Of a stretch of 64,000 bases of DNA, positions 46,666 through 58,924 are shown piece after piece (the first letter of the stretch is position 1; every line of letters starts with the position of its first letter). The translations under genes and the position numbers were made by a program. The stretch lies in the NCBI GenBank assembly GCA_020536535.1, contig JAHLWZ010000004.1:310001-374000 (forward strand), written 5' to 3'. The notes under the pieces were generated by a model. That model did no database searches and had not been told where the DNA came from. It worked only from the letters and a program-made list of their open reading frames with translations. The DNA comes from Pelomyxa schiedti. Its lineage: Eukaryota; Protista; Evosea.

Positions 46666-47809
46666 TTATAGAAGGCGCTCGAGGTCGGCAACACCATCAA
46701 CAAAAGTAACAACTAAGAGGAAATAAGAGTGGTGATTTGAGAAGGAGGATTTACAATGTAGGATTTCAGGTTCCACTGCGAGAGTCTCCATTAAGTTCTG
46801 CATAATTTTTTCCCATGGGTCTCTCCACACAAAAATTCGGGGTGGTGTGCTATTGTTACTTCTAGATAGATGTGCTTCATTCCACACTGTCACCAATTCC
46901 TGCAAGGTTCCAAGACTACCTGGATTTATGCTTCTATTATTTGTAGCCAAAAAGAGGGTATGGCAACACACCAGGGAGTACAACAAAGGTAGCAGAGGAG
47001 GAAACAAGCTTCTCAATGCGGGAAATCAACGAGGGGGTGTCAATAACACCGGTTAGAGATGAGTTGGCCCCGCCCATCTTGTGTCTCTGTAAAAATAGAC
47101 TGGGAACAACAATGCCTTTTTGTGGTATTTATTGTAGCGTCAAAAAAAGTACAAACACGAAAGGAAATTCTTACCAAAAGAAGAACCTCCAACGGCCTTT
47201 GCACCAATAGCCGTCGCTTCCATAGAGCCCATGTATCCTCCATTAACGACAGCAAAACCCTTGTTGGCAATGACCTTTCCAACAGCAATATCCTCATCCC
47301 ATATTGGCGTGCCTACGCGGTGCCCAGATCTGTGCACATCGTAATTACGAGTGAACGGACGGGAGATCTACGGTGATAACAACAAACTAGTGTGTCTACA
47401 CACCCTCCAAAAACGGTCACGCAACGAGATCTCTTAATAACGTAAGGGAACCAATGAATAGAGTGCAACCAACCTCGGGCATAGTCGGTGGTGTAGACAT
47501 GGTGCTGGCCTGTTGGTACCGAACGAGAATCGAATTGATTTTGACGAATGATGGTTTCCTGAGGCAGAATGCCTTGGCAGGAATGATGGTCTCCGAGAGA
47601 GCCATTTCACTGCGAGTTCTACTGAGAGGTTCTCAATAACAGGTTCGGCTCTTTGACTGGAATTGATCGCTTCCAAAACTTGGAATGAGTGCCTCCACCA
47701 GCAAGGCGGTGTCTAGAAAGACGCCTATGAAAGCAGGGAAATCTGCTTTTGCTAGGAAAGAGGAGAGGGCTGCCAAACTCAAGTCGTTTGCAGGGGAGGC
47801 TGTTTCCAT
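46666..47809 (-). CDS. Hypothetical multi-exon protein
   Basis: Collinear minus-strand ORFs (47809 ATG 'METASPANDLSLAALSSFL', 47434-47676, 47040-47297, 46666-47016). No domain recognised. Confidence 0.4.
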
Positions 47810-47892
47810 GTGCGCTCTCAAGGTGATGAACCGCGTCCTTGTTGTTTTGAACGTTCAAGTTTCTTTTTTTCCCCTTTCTCTCTTTTGCTGAT

Positions 47893-48830
47893 ATGGGCGC
47901 GCAGTGCTTTCGCTATTTTGAAATGTACGCTCGAGGAAAAGAGGAAGTGATTGTTTTTGTTAAGGGGAGTCCATCCAGGTAAGTGCTGAAACTTTCAGAC
48001 GATGGCATCTTGATCTTATATAAATGCTTTAAGGTTGCCATTAACAAAAGTTCAAGACCCTATTCTTATTCTTCCTCCAGAGACCCCTATTACCAGCGAA
48101 CCCACACATGTAAGTGTAATTTCCTACTGGTAATAGTAACCTGGAGCTTTAGATCACGCAGAGCTCTGACAGAGTAACTTTTTTGATTGGTTCTTATTCG
48201 AATCATGAATTGCCATATGTTTGGGTGTGCCTGCACTTTCCCTTTGATTGCTCTACTTTTCCTCCATTGAACTCAATTTATTTTTTCTTTTCCAATTCCG
48301 CACACCACAAATTCTCTAGGTAATACTGCAGCTAACAAATGTCAGTGTAGGAGCTCTGTGGGGGATTTTGTGGGGGATGACACACCTATAGAGTTAGGAA
48401 CTATCGAAGACTGGGATTGTGAAGGCATTCCTGAACGGCGTTGCAGCCGAAAATGACTAACATGTGAACTAGATATATATGTTGTGGACGTCATTGAAGA
48501 ACTTGTAACACTTGTATACTCAACACCCCACACCAACGCGCTTATTAGTTCAAATGTATACATACCACCACCACCGGAAAATGTCTTTGAGGTTGACATT
48601 GATGCACTCAAACAACTTCCAAAGAAAGAGCAACTTTTGATATCTGGTGCTCTTCTGCACTTCCTAAAAGACCTCTACCTCGAGACTCTCTCCAAAGGTT
48701 GTAAACCCACCCACCCAATCACAAGTGTTAACATACAAAAGAAGTGCTGCCACTTATTCAAAATGACATTGCTGCTTTGAGTGAGTTGCATTTCACTTTA
48801 CTAGGGCAGGTCTTTGCTGAAGGTGAGTAG
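47893..48830 (+). CDS. Hypothetical multi-exon protein
   Basis: ATG at 47893 and consensus GTAAGT donors link in-frame exons into ORF 48484-48780. The 3' end is uncertain. Confidence 0.45.
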
Positions 48831-49003
48831 ACAAAACCATGGCTGTATCACCCGGGCCTAAGTAGTAATGAACTTCCTGTTATGGCTTCCACACAAATAA
48901 TTTTACCCTTGCCTCGTTTGTGTCTGAAAACACCTTTGCATCGTTGGTAAAAAGAACAATACAACAATTCAATTTTGTGGAAAAAAGGGGAGGCACATTG
49001 GCA

Positions 49004-49204
49004 TGAGTAAATAATTCAATTTGCTGACACTTCATCGTCTGGAAAACCCTCATGATGTGAGGTCCCACGGTTACTGTGTTCATTGGGAATGTGCCCACCT
49101 CGTTGAGTGTAGATCACTCTACAAGATGCACAGACGAGATCCCAGAACCAGTAGGTCCTTCTTGAAAACCCCCTTTCGAACCAGATAATTGAATTATTTA
49201 CTCA
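49004..49204. mobile_element. Candidate MITE-like segment bounded by 18-bp perfect inverted repeats
   Basis: TGAGTAAATAATTCAATT (49004-49021) and its reverse complement (49187-49204) enclose a 201-bp non-coding segment. Only a 2-bp CA flanking duplication. Confidence 0.35.
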
Positions 49205-49498
49205 CAGGCAGAAGGGGACATTGGCAACAACATGGTTTTTTTCTTTGTCAAACGGTCTTTCTAAGAAAAAAACTGAATTGTTTTCTGAAAACCCCTTCAA
49301 TAGGCAGCTCAACGATGATGAGCATGTCCGGCTCGGAGACTTAAACCAGTAACTAGAAGAAGATTAAAAAGAGGTCACGTAAACTCGTTGCACAATTTAG
49401 AGTCTACGCCACCGACAAGGGTGCAGTTTACTCTCTATTTTTTTTTTTTCGTACAGCATTTTAAAAATACAGATAGAATACGGCACGCAATCTCGACA

Positions 49499-51707
49499 AT
49501 GTCTAGTAGCCAAACGTCATCATCATCGTCAGGAATAACTACGTCGACTACTTCTACGACTACAACAACTACTACAACACGACGCGAAAAAACACATCGA
49601 CCGACGCATCAAAAGTTGACCAAAAAGGCTGATAGCGCGCGTGAAGAGGCTGTAAGTTCAAGTCACAGCTCACGCCGCAGCTCCAAGCAAATCCAAGATT
49701 CCAGTTCTAGGTCAATTGCGCTGGAAGCTTCTCTTTCTCTAACGTAGCTCTAGTGTTGGCTCCAGTGGTGATCAGAATCCACCAGCAACAAAGCTTGGCC
49801 TTAGACTATGGGAGAAAAAACAAGAAAAGAAAGCAGAAAAGAAAAAAGCACAGGTCAGCCAGGAGGGTGGCCCAGTCAGTTGCATTATCCAATCAGCACC
49901 CACAAATGATACCACTGCAGCACTCACAGCACAGCAGTCAGCAGAGTGTGGCCTCGCCGCCTCCATACCTGTCAATAGCGCTTCAACAATACAACAGGGA
50001 GTCCACCAGCTACTGAGCTTATTAGGAACTGATCGGGTGATGTTTAACGATGTAGTCAATAGCCTGATTGATGCGGCTAGAGAACAAGGAGAACCACCTC
50101 CACTCCATCCCCTTCCACCTCCTATTGATCCACGTACATCATCTGCTACAACTTCAGCAATTCTAAAAACCCTCAAGTCAAAAACCTTTCCACCTTCTGG
50201 GTTTGCCAAAAAAGCCTCCCATCTGCCAGAGGGTTTACATGCGCATTTCCCAGCAACCAAAACAGACCTCACTGTACATCTATATACAGACGTTTTTTAC
50301 AGCTTCATGCAAAAACCTACATTGTCACGGGAAGGTCCACATATGCACTGCCTACTTAGTGATAACTTTTTTTAGACTACGAATTTACTTCCCTCATGAT
50401 TGAAGCGATGTCTATGCCCCATCAGTCCGAATCTTCCCGAAGAGATACATTCAATCTCCTTCTGTCAAAGTTCTTGAAGCGCACCTGTGCTCCAAAAAAG
50501 ATCGGCGAACACTCTTCTTCATCAACTGACGGCTCATTTTCTACATCCTGTCATGGCAAAGAGACATTTTTACTCATACAGGAATCTAAAAAAGATAAAG
50601 GACATGGTGAGAGTCAACAAATTAGCAAAATTTACAACCTTTTCAGGAGGTGCCAACAGCCTACTTGAAGTCATTGCATATTATATCCAAAACCTGGATT
50701 CAGACCTATGTGAAAACTCATGTTGCCCTTGCCTTTTACTAGAGGTTTTTGGAGCGACGCTGTTTATCAGTGGAGCCTGCTTTGGTGAATGTTTGTATCC
50801 ATTCTTTTGTGGCGATCAATATTGATGCTATCTTTTAGATGGAGTCATTGTTGATCCACTGTGTTCCCCTATAAACATGGTCTTCATGCAAAGCAAAAAT
50901 ATGATGATGGAGGTGGCCAATGCTTTTGTAGCTCTCCGTACTTGTACTTTGGCACTGGAGCAACATTATTTGCGATTGGAAACTCCCCACTTCAACCTTG
51001 TTCAACCTCGATTTCCTTTCATAAATTCCTTTGAGGATCTTGACACACACAAACAGGTTTTTTCCTATTTTAAAATTTTCTCCAACACACAACCAGTTCG
51101 CTGTCACATATTTGAAGCGCTTATACCCAGGAAAGGCAAAACCAATTTTTTTGGTGCAGAAAACGTCAGAAAGAACCAAATTGATAATCAAGTTTGCAGA
51201 GAGATATTGTTTAGAGGCACACAGGTGTGAGATTCCTACAACTGGCACATAAATAAACCCTTCCACAGGGATTTGGCTGCGAGTGGAGCAGCACCAAAAG
51301 TGCTGGCTTTTGCTGAGATAAATCCTGTATGGAAGGTTATTGTCATGGAGTACCTTGAGATGCAACCAATCAGCAACAAAGCTGTATGTACCACAATCAA
51401 CAATCTTTTTTTTTTAATTGCTAATTGGAGACAGCAAGCAAAAGAACAACTGTTGGTTGCAATGACCAACTTTCACAAGCACTTTGTTCATGGGGACTTG
51501 CGGGAAGCAAATATTCTTCCCTGTGGCACCAAATATGCCGTTATGGATTTTGATTGGGCTGGCCCACAAGGAGTGGCAAACTACCCCCCTTTTATGAACC
51601 ACAATAGTATATCCTGGCCCACAGGTGCTGAAGAAGGCAAGCCGATAACAATGGAACACGACCATTTCTGGCTAGCTGCGCTTTTTGCCACCCACTGTTG
51701 CACCTAG
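49499..51707 (+). CDS. Restriction-endonuclease-fold plus protein kinase fusion (Crinkler/fungal-type kinase family-like)
   Basis: Low-complexity N-terminus; 'FPPSGFAK'; PD-(D/E)xK-like 'STDGS...LLIQESK'; kinase 'VIVMEYL', 'FVHGDLREANIL', 'MDFDWAG...YP'. Confidence 0.8.
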
Positions 51708-51897
51708 AGGGTTCTGGGCAAAGAGTCAAACAAAAATCCCTACTAGTTCTCTGGCATAGTACAAAAAAGGGTTTGTGGAACTTGAGAATTCGTGATTCAA
51801 CAACAAGAACGCCGTAAACGGAGTTCGTTTGTGTGGCTAATACGAAAAAAAAAAAAAAGAAGTTGAAACTTGAAACAGGTCGTTGTGTGACATCCCA

Positions 51898-54351
51898 ATG
51901 TCCCTTGTATATTATCCGGTGAGTCCGAAACAGTTAGAGATCCTCAGGATCGTCTCTATCTCACGAGTCCTGTGGCAGCACGTCATCCCCCGCGCCCTCG
52001 CGCCCCCTCCCATAATCAGCAAAACTCCCCCACGGCTGCTCGTCCCCACCCTGATCTACCCCGCGATCGCGGATGCGGCCTCCCCCAGCGCCGCCGCCGC
52101 GCAAGTTGCCGCCGCCGCAAACAACACCGAGTGCGGGTGCGTGTCCCCGCACGCCGGAGATTGCCAGCCGTCGACATGCGACCCAAGCCCCGCGCTGGAC
52201 GCGTACCACCGCGTCCTCGTGTGCGCCGGCGAGGCCCTGTTCCCGCTGCGAACCGTGTGCCTCCGCGCGCTATTGGACGTCCTGTCTCGCGAGAACTTCT
52301 TCCCGCACGAGCAGGCGTTGATGTCTTTCGCGAGGAACGGGGCGCTGGCGATGGCCAAGGCGCTGATGGCGGAGTGGTACAGGTTGGCCCCCCCGCCTTC
52401 GCTTGCTCCTTCTTCGGTGAGAGTGTGCTCCGCCGCGGCTGCTGCTAGTGCTTGCGGCGATGCTAACGCCGACACTATTGTGCTTATGCCGGCGCCGCCG
52501 CCGTGGTGCTATTCCTTTGGTGTCACGCCGTCGGTTGCAAAGGCTTTCGTTGTTAACTTGCTTGCGGCAAGTTGCCAAGCTGGGAGCGTTCCGTTTTCTG
52601 AATGGGTCATGTCCCTTCATGCAGATATGATTCCTCGCGCTGACCTTGTACAAATATTTAAGACTGCTGTTGCCTACCCAGAAATTTTGGATCTGTTGTG
52701 GGAGGAATTTTCCCCCTCATTGACATTGAAAGAAACTTTTGGAAACGCTGGGGCAGCAGGCACAGTTCTTCTGCAAAATATTGCAATCACACGAATTAAT
52801 ACTGTAAAATGGCTGTTATCTCATTTTGACATACCACTGCTCGAGATCCGCAAAGATCCTTCTTTCTCTTCGTATTTCACTCAATGTGCCCCTAGGCCGG
52901 ATAGTGCCGCGTCCCTGCATTGGCTGATTGCCACATTCTGCACTAACCGCGATGTCGATGAATCAAACCTTCTGTCAGAAGCTTTGAAATGCGCTTGTCG
53001 TGGTGGAAATGTAACTTCTACAGAGATTATTATGTCTTTTCTATCAGCTGAAGCTGTACGTAAACTACCAAAACACGACTGGGATGCAAAGTGCATTATC
53101 TGGGTATGTGAAAAAATCGGAGAGCCACTCCCCAGATCCGTTTTTGAGAAAAGCTGCTTGTTGGATAATGTTCCACTTGTTCAATCACTAGCAGTGATGC
53201 TGGCTATAACACCGCTGGAAGTAAGAGCAGAGAGACATCGGTTACTTATGTTAGTCCTTGGTTCAAAGAAATTCCAGGTAGCTCAGTGGCTGCTTGATTA
53301 CTATGGTATCATGAGAGGACAAGCGCCCTACGTACTGCGCCTAGTCTGCGGGGCGGGGAACGTCGATTTTGCACAGTGGGTGACTACAAGGTTTAACTTC
53401 TCACGACGCGTGGTGCAGAACAACAAAAACCGTATCCTGCGGGCGTGTTGCCGTGACGGCCTTGCACCTATGGTTAAGTGGCTCGTTGTTCAATTTGCAC
53501 TTACCATTCAAGATGCCCGAAGCTGTGACAATGGAGCCTTCAGGGCATGCATCGAAAGTGGACAGCTTCCTTTAGTGCAATGGTTAACAGACCACTTTAA
53601 CCTAACGCCTGATGACGCGAGGAGCCGAAATAACTATGCCCTCTGGGTGGCCTCCTGGTGGAACCGCCTTGATATTGTCAAGTGGCTTGTGGAGCGCTTC
53701 AATCTCACGGCAGAGGATGTCACTCAGTGCAAGAGTGGGCGTTCTGCTTTGTACAGTGTCCCGATTGATACCTGGCTGCAAGAAAAACTCAACATGGCTT
53801 CGGGCGCGCAAGTAGCAGCCGACTATTCCTTAGCTTTTCCAACTGCCGTTCAAGTGGCTGGGGCCCAATGGGCCGAAATCAGCAACTCGCTACTGACGAA
53901 CTCCGGCAAGATGGGAGACGCCCAGCTGAGCGCGCTCCTAAACGGAGGTTACCGCCCATCAGTCGTCAAGTGGCTGATTCAAAGGACCGGCCTTGTAGAG
54001 CGATTCGCCGCCGCTACCGGCGAATTCCAGCCCGTTACGCAGCTAATACTCACTTCGTGGCACCCAAGCCTCGACCAACCGCGCTGGCTTGTTCTGCGGC
54101 TAGGAATTCAGCCCGGAGACCCGCGGATACCCGTTCCGACGTTACTCCGCGGCGCGGTTGGCAACAACAACTGGGGCGCTATGAAGTGGCTATGCGAGTG
54201 GTTCACTGTCCCTGTGGAGCAGGTGCAGGCTGCCATTGACCAGCACGCGAGGCAGTTCGGGTCCTGGAATTCCAAGGAACGCCAGGAGTTCCAACAATGG
54301 TACTACCAGAAAATGGGCGTCTCTCCACCCTCAAAGTGTTGTTTGCAATAG
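51898..54351 (+). CDS. Intronless ankyrin-like repeat protein with a lineage-specific header
   Basis: Single ORF of about 817 aa; header 'IVSISRVLWQHVIP...GEALFPL'; repeats such as 'AFRACIESGQLPLVQWLTDHFNLTPDDAR'. Confidence 0.88.
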   Translation: MSLVYYPVSPKQLEILRIVSISRVLWQHVIPRALAPPPIISKTPPRLLVPTLIYPAIADAASPSAAAAQVAAAANNTECGCVSPHAGDCQPSTCDPSPALDAYHRVLVCAGEALFPLRTVCLRALLDVLSRENFFPHEQALMSFARNGALAMAKALMAEWYRLAPPPSLAPSSVRVCSAAAAASACGDANADTIVLMPAPPPWCYSFGVTPSVAKAFVVNLLAASCQAGSVPFSEWVMSLHADMIPRADLVQIFKTAVAYPEILDLLWEEFSPSLTLKETFGNAGAAGTVLLQNIAITRINTVKWLLSHFDIPLLEIRKDPSFSSYFTQCAPRPDSAASLHWLIATFCTNRDVDESNLLSEALKCACRGGNVTSTEIIMSFLSAEAVRKLPKHDWDAKCIIWVCEKIGEPLPRSVFEKSCLLDNVPLVQSLAVMLAITPLEVRAERHRLLMLVLGSKKFQVAQWLLDYYGIMRGQAPYVLRLVCGAGNVDFAQWVTTRFNFSRRVVQNNKNRILRACCRDGLAPMVKWLVVQFALTIQDARSCDNGAFRACIESGQLPLVQWLTDHFNLTPDDARSRNNYALWVASWWNRLDIVKWLVERFNLTAEDVTQCKSGRSALYSVPIDTWLQEKLNMASGAQVAADYSLAFPTAVQVAGAQWAEISNSLLTNSGKMGDAQLSALLNGGYRPSVVKWLIQRTGLVERFAAATGEFQPVTQLILTSWHPSLDQPRWLVLRLGIQPGDPRIPVPTLLRGAVGNNNWGAMKWLCEWFTVPVEQVQAAIDQHARQFGSWNSKERQEFQQWYYQKMGVSPPSKCCLQ

Positions 54352-54423
54352 AAATAAATAAAAAAACCAGGACAGTGTTCGCGGAACGCATAAGATTCCA
54401 TCAAAAAGAACATAAACCCAACA

Positions 54424-56717
54424 ATGGCACAAGTTGGCGCTTTGACGGGAGCTATTCCGTTGGCCCTGTTGGTGCGACGTGTAGATGGTGGGTCGATTTG
54501 CTAACCAATAGAACAAACAACGATCCCTAATGTTGGTTGGAAATTAGAACTGTGTGCTGCAGGCTGTAACATCGTTGTGGTGTCAATTGCTCCAACTGGT
54601 ACAGATGAGTCCAGGCACCCATTGGTCCAGTCTGTGACACTGGTGGGTCAGGTTCTGAGTGATCTCGGGCAAGTTGCTAAGGCTCGGCGGGCGTATTTGT
54701 GCCTGTCATTCGACGAAATCAGTGGGTATTCCACTACCAGAGGTAATTTTTGTGACATTCTATCTTTGCCCTTTGTATGTTTTTTTACATAAAACAGTGT
54801 TACCTAAGAGCTGTGTGATATTGGGACCATCTGGAGCTGTTTGTGCACATAGGATTCTCAGCACAAATGTATGTCTATTAATACTATTTGACCGTCAGTG
54901 GATTTTATCAACATAATTACTTTCACAGACAGAGTTTGGAGGTGAACGACTCAAAAAAGATTTCATAGACACAGAGTATGGGCGTATTGCTATAGCAGCT
55001 CACTGTGATCTTCTAGAGGTGGATGCAACATATGATCATCTTGGAGTGTGGCTCGTTCTCGCGCCCGTGCAGTACAGTCGGTCTGACCCAGGTCATTCAA
55101 ATTACATCCTCGCGAGCTTACTAAATCCTGTGATGAAGAGGAATCAAATTTGTATGAAGAACACTTGCGCAATTCCTTGTCATCCCAAGGGTTCTTTGTT
55201 GTGGAAGCAAATTCGGGGGGGTCGACTACTGTTTACAATCCCGGAGGGACGATTCTCACCAGCTTAAATGACAAGAACTTTATTACAACAGTTAACTCGT
55301 CATCCATTAGTCGTATTCATGACTTAAACAGATACCAGCAGCCACAGTACACAAATCTCACTATCTCTCTGGTTTTCGCCTTCCGAAAATTACAAATTCG
55401 CAGGTAATGGCCAACTTCCTGAAAGATGTGAGTCATTACTTTAGGAACCTCACTCTGTTAAAGTGGCGGCAATTCAAGTTTCTTCTGACCTTGCTAACAC
55501 CCCAAAAAATATTGAGAAAATTGTTCCTCTTTGTGAAGAAGCAGCTGCAAACGGTTCTCCAAATATATCTAAGCTTTTTTTTTTATGAGATATCAAGGTG
55601 CCAAGTTCATTGTGCTGCCAGAATGTGCTCTGACGGGATACTTGAGCCAAGATTTGAAGATAAACTGGCACCTCCCAGGCAGATCTTTACACTCGTACTT
55701 TCAAGATTCTTCTTTGCTGTTAGAATACTTATGAATCTAGCAAATTTACTGGACTCAATCCTGAGCCACATGCCTTAAGAGTGAGCAGCCCCGAAGTAAA
55801 AAGCTTTGGGCCCCTTGCCAAAAGAATTGGAAGTTATATTTCTGTACCTTTCGTAGAATTCTGTACTACTTCAGGAAATTACTATAATACCATATGCCTT
55901 GTCTCTCCTCATACAGGAGGAGTGGTAGCAACATATCGGAAGATGAACCCATGGTATTCACATTTTTTGGTGGATTAATAAGTACTTATACACTTTCAGG
56001 CCGCATCCAGAGGTGTCGTGGGCAACAGCAGGTCTCTACATTTGATACTCCTACAAATAACACACTCTAGGGCTCGCACCTGTGTGCTATCAAACCGAGT
56101 ATGGCAAGGTTGGTCTTGCTGTATGCTTTGGTATATCTTCCCCTTGCACCCTTCTTTTCTGAAGAAGTCATTTACAGATATACATTCTGTCCTCCCGTTG
56201 TACAAAACTGAAGGAATTTGGACTCTCTTGTATTCTATAGCATGGGTACAAAACTATACACATAACTGGCCACTAAATCCAATAAGGTTGACGGAGAACC
56301 ACTTGCAAGATGGTTCCACAATCTTCTACCAGAAAGGTATTTGATTTCTCTGACACTCTCCACAATAACACCCAAAGAGATTGCGGACTTATGACTTTAA
56401 CGTAGTTGGTGCCAACTGGGCAGTGGACCACTACCAAGTAATTTCCACCCCTTTGCTTCAAGGAATTGCTCACTCTCACATAGCCTTGGTTTGGATATGG
56501 GTCAAGTACCATTTTCCGGTCACATGGAGAAGTTGTCAGCACTGCAAGTAACTCCTATGGCTCGGAGATAGTATATGCCACGCTTCCTTCTCAGCCTCAG
56601 GGTCGTACTACCAACAATTCACGTCCTTCACCCAAATTCTCTACTGCCACCCGGGTTTGTCTTCTCAGTTTTTCTCTCCTTTTAGCCGTACTATTCCTCT
56701 ACCACTTATGCACCTAA
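54424..56717 (+). CDS. Tandem carbon-nitrogen hydrolase (nitrilase superfamily); second domain has an intact Glu-Lys-Cys triad; C-terminal TM
   Basis: 'KVAAIQ...FIVLPECALTGY', 'YYNTICLV...YRKMNPWPHPE', 'TEYGKVGLAVCFDIH'. The upstream domain has 'DTEYGRIAIAAHCD'. Many introns. Confidence 0.85.
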
Positions 56718-56860
56718 GCACACTATAACACATCCAGAACAAGCAAAAAAAAATGTGAATTGGCCAAATTCTATAGACAAAATGTTCTATTGACACTGTA
56801 GACAATAAGGTCACCTTTTGTATGTCTATATGAGGGTCTGTATGAGGAGGTTTGCATTTC

Positions 56861-58646
<1,786 letters not shown>

Positions 58647-58924
58647 CTATCCTTTGTGTTGTTGGTTGGTTGCTATTTATTGTTTTGTGGTGGTTATGCT
58701 TTTTTTTTGTATTTGTATGATTTGCTTATTGGAGACAACAAAATTTGCGCTTATAAGTCATTACTAATCTTGAATTCTATTGTTTCCCAATCGATTTATT
58801 TTCCTCATCGGGATTTTTTCCGATTCCCGTTTCTTAGAGCATAACACAATCTTAGGGTTTATTTTTGCTGAAGGGAGCCGTTGTGTTGTTTTGCTTCACG
58901 TTGTTGTGGAAATGTCTTGGGAAG

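Noticed and set aside
48454-48456. In-frame TGA within the hypothetical gene ('CSRK*LTC')
   Set aside because: It lies in a plausible 33-nt GT-AG intron with an ACTAAC branch motif, and no SECIS was noticed downstream.
48880-49330. Small minus-strand gene around ORF 48880-49098
   Set aside because: No consistent exon chain or start codon could be built, and it overlaps the inverted-repeat segment.
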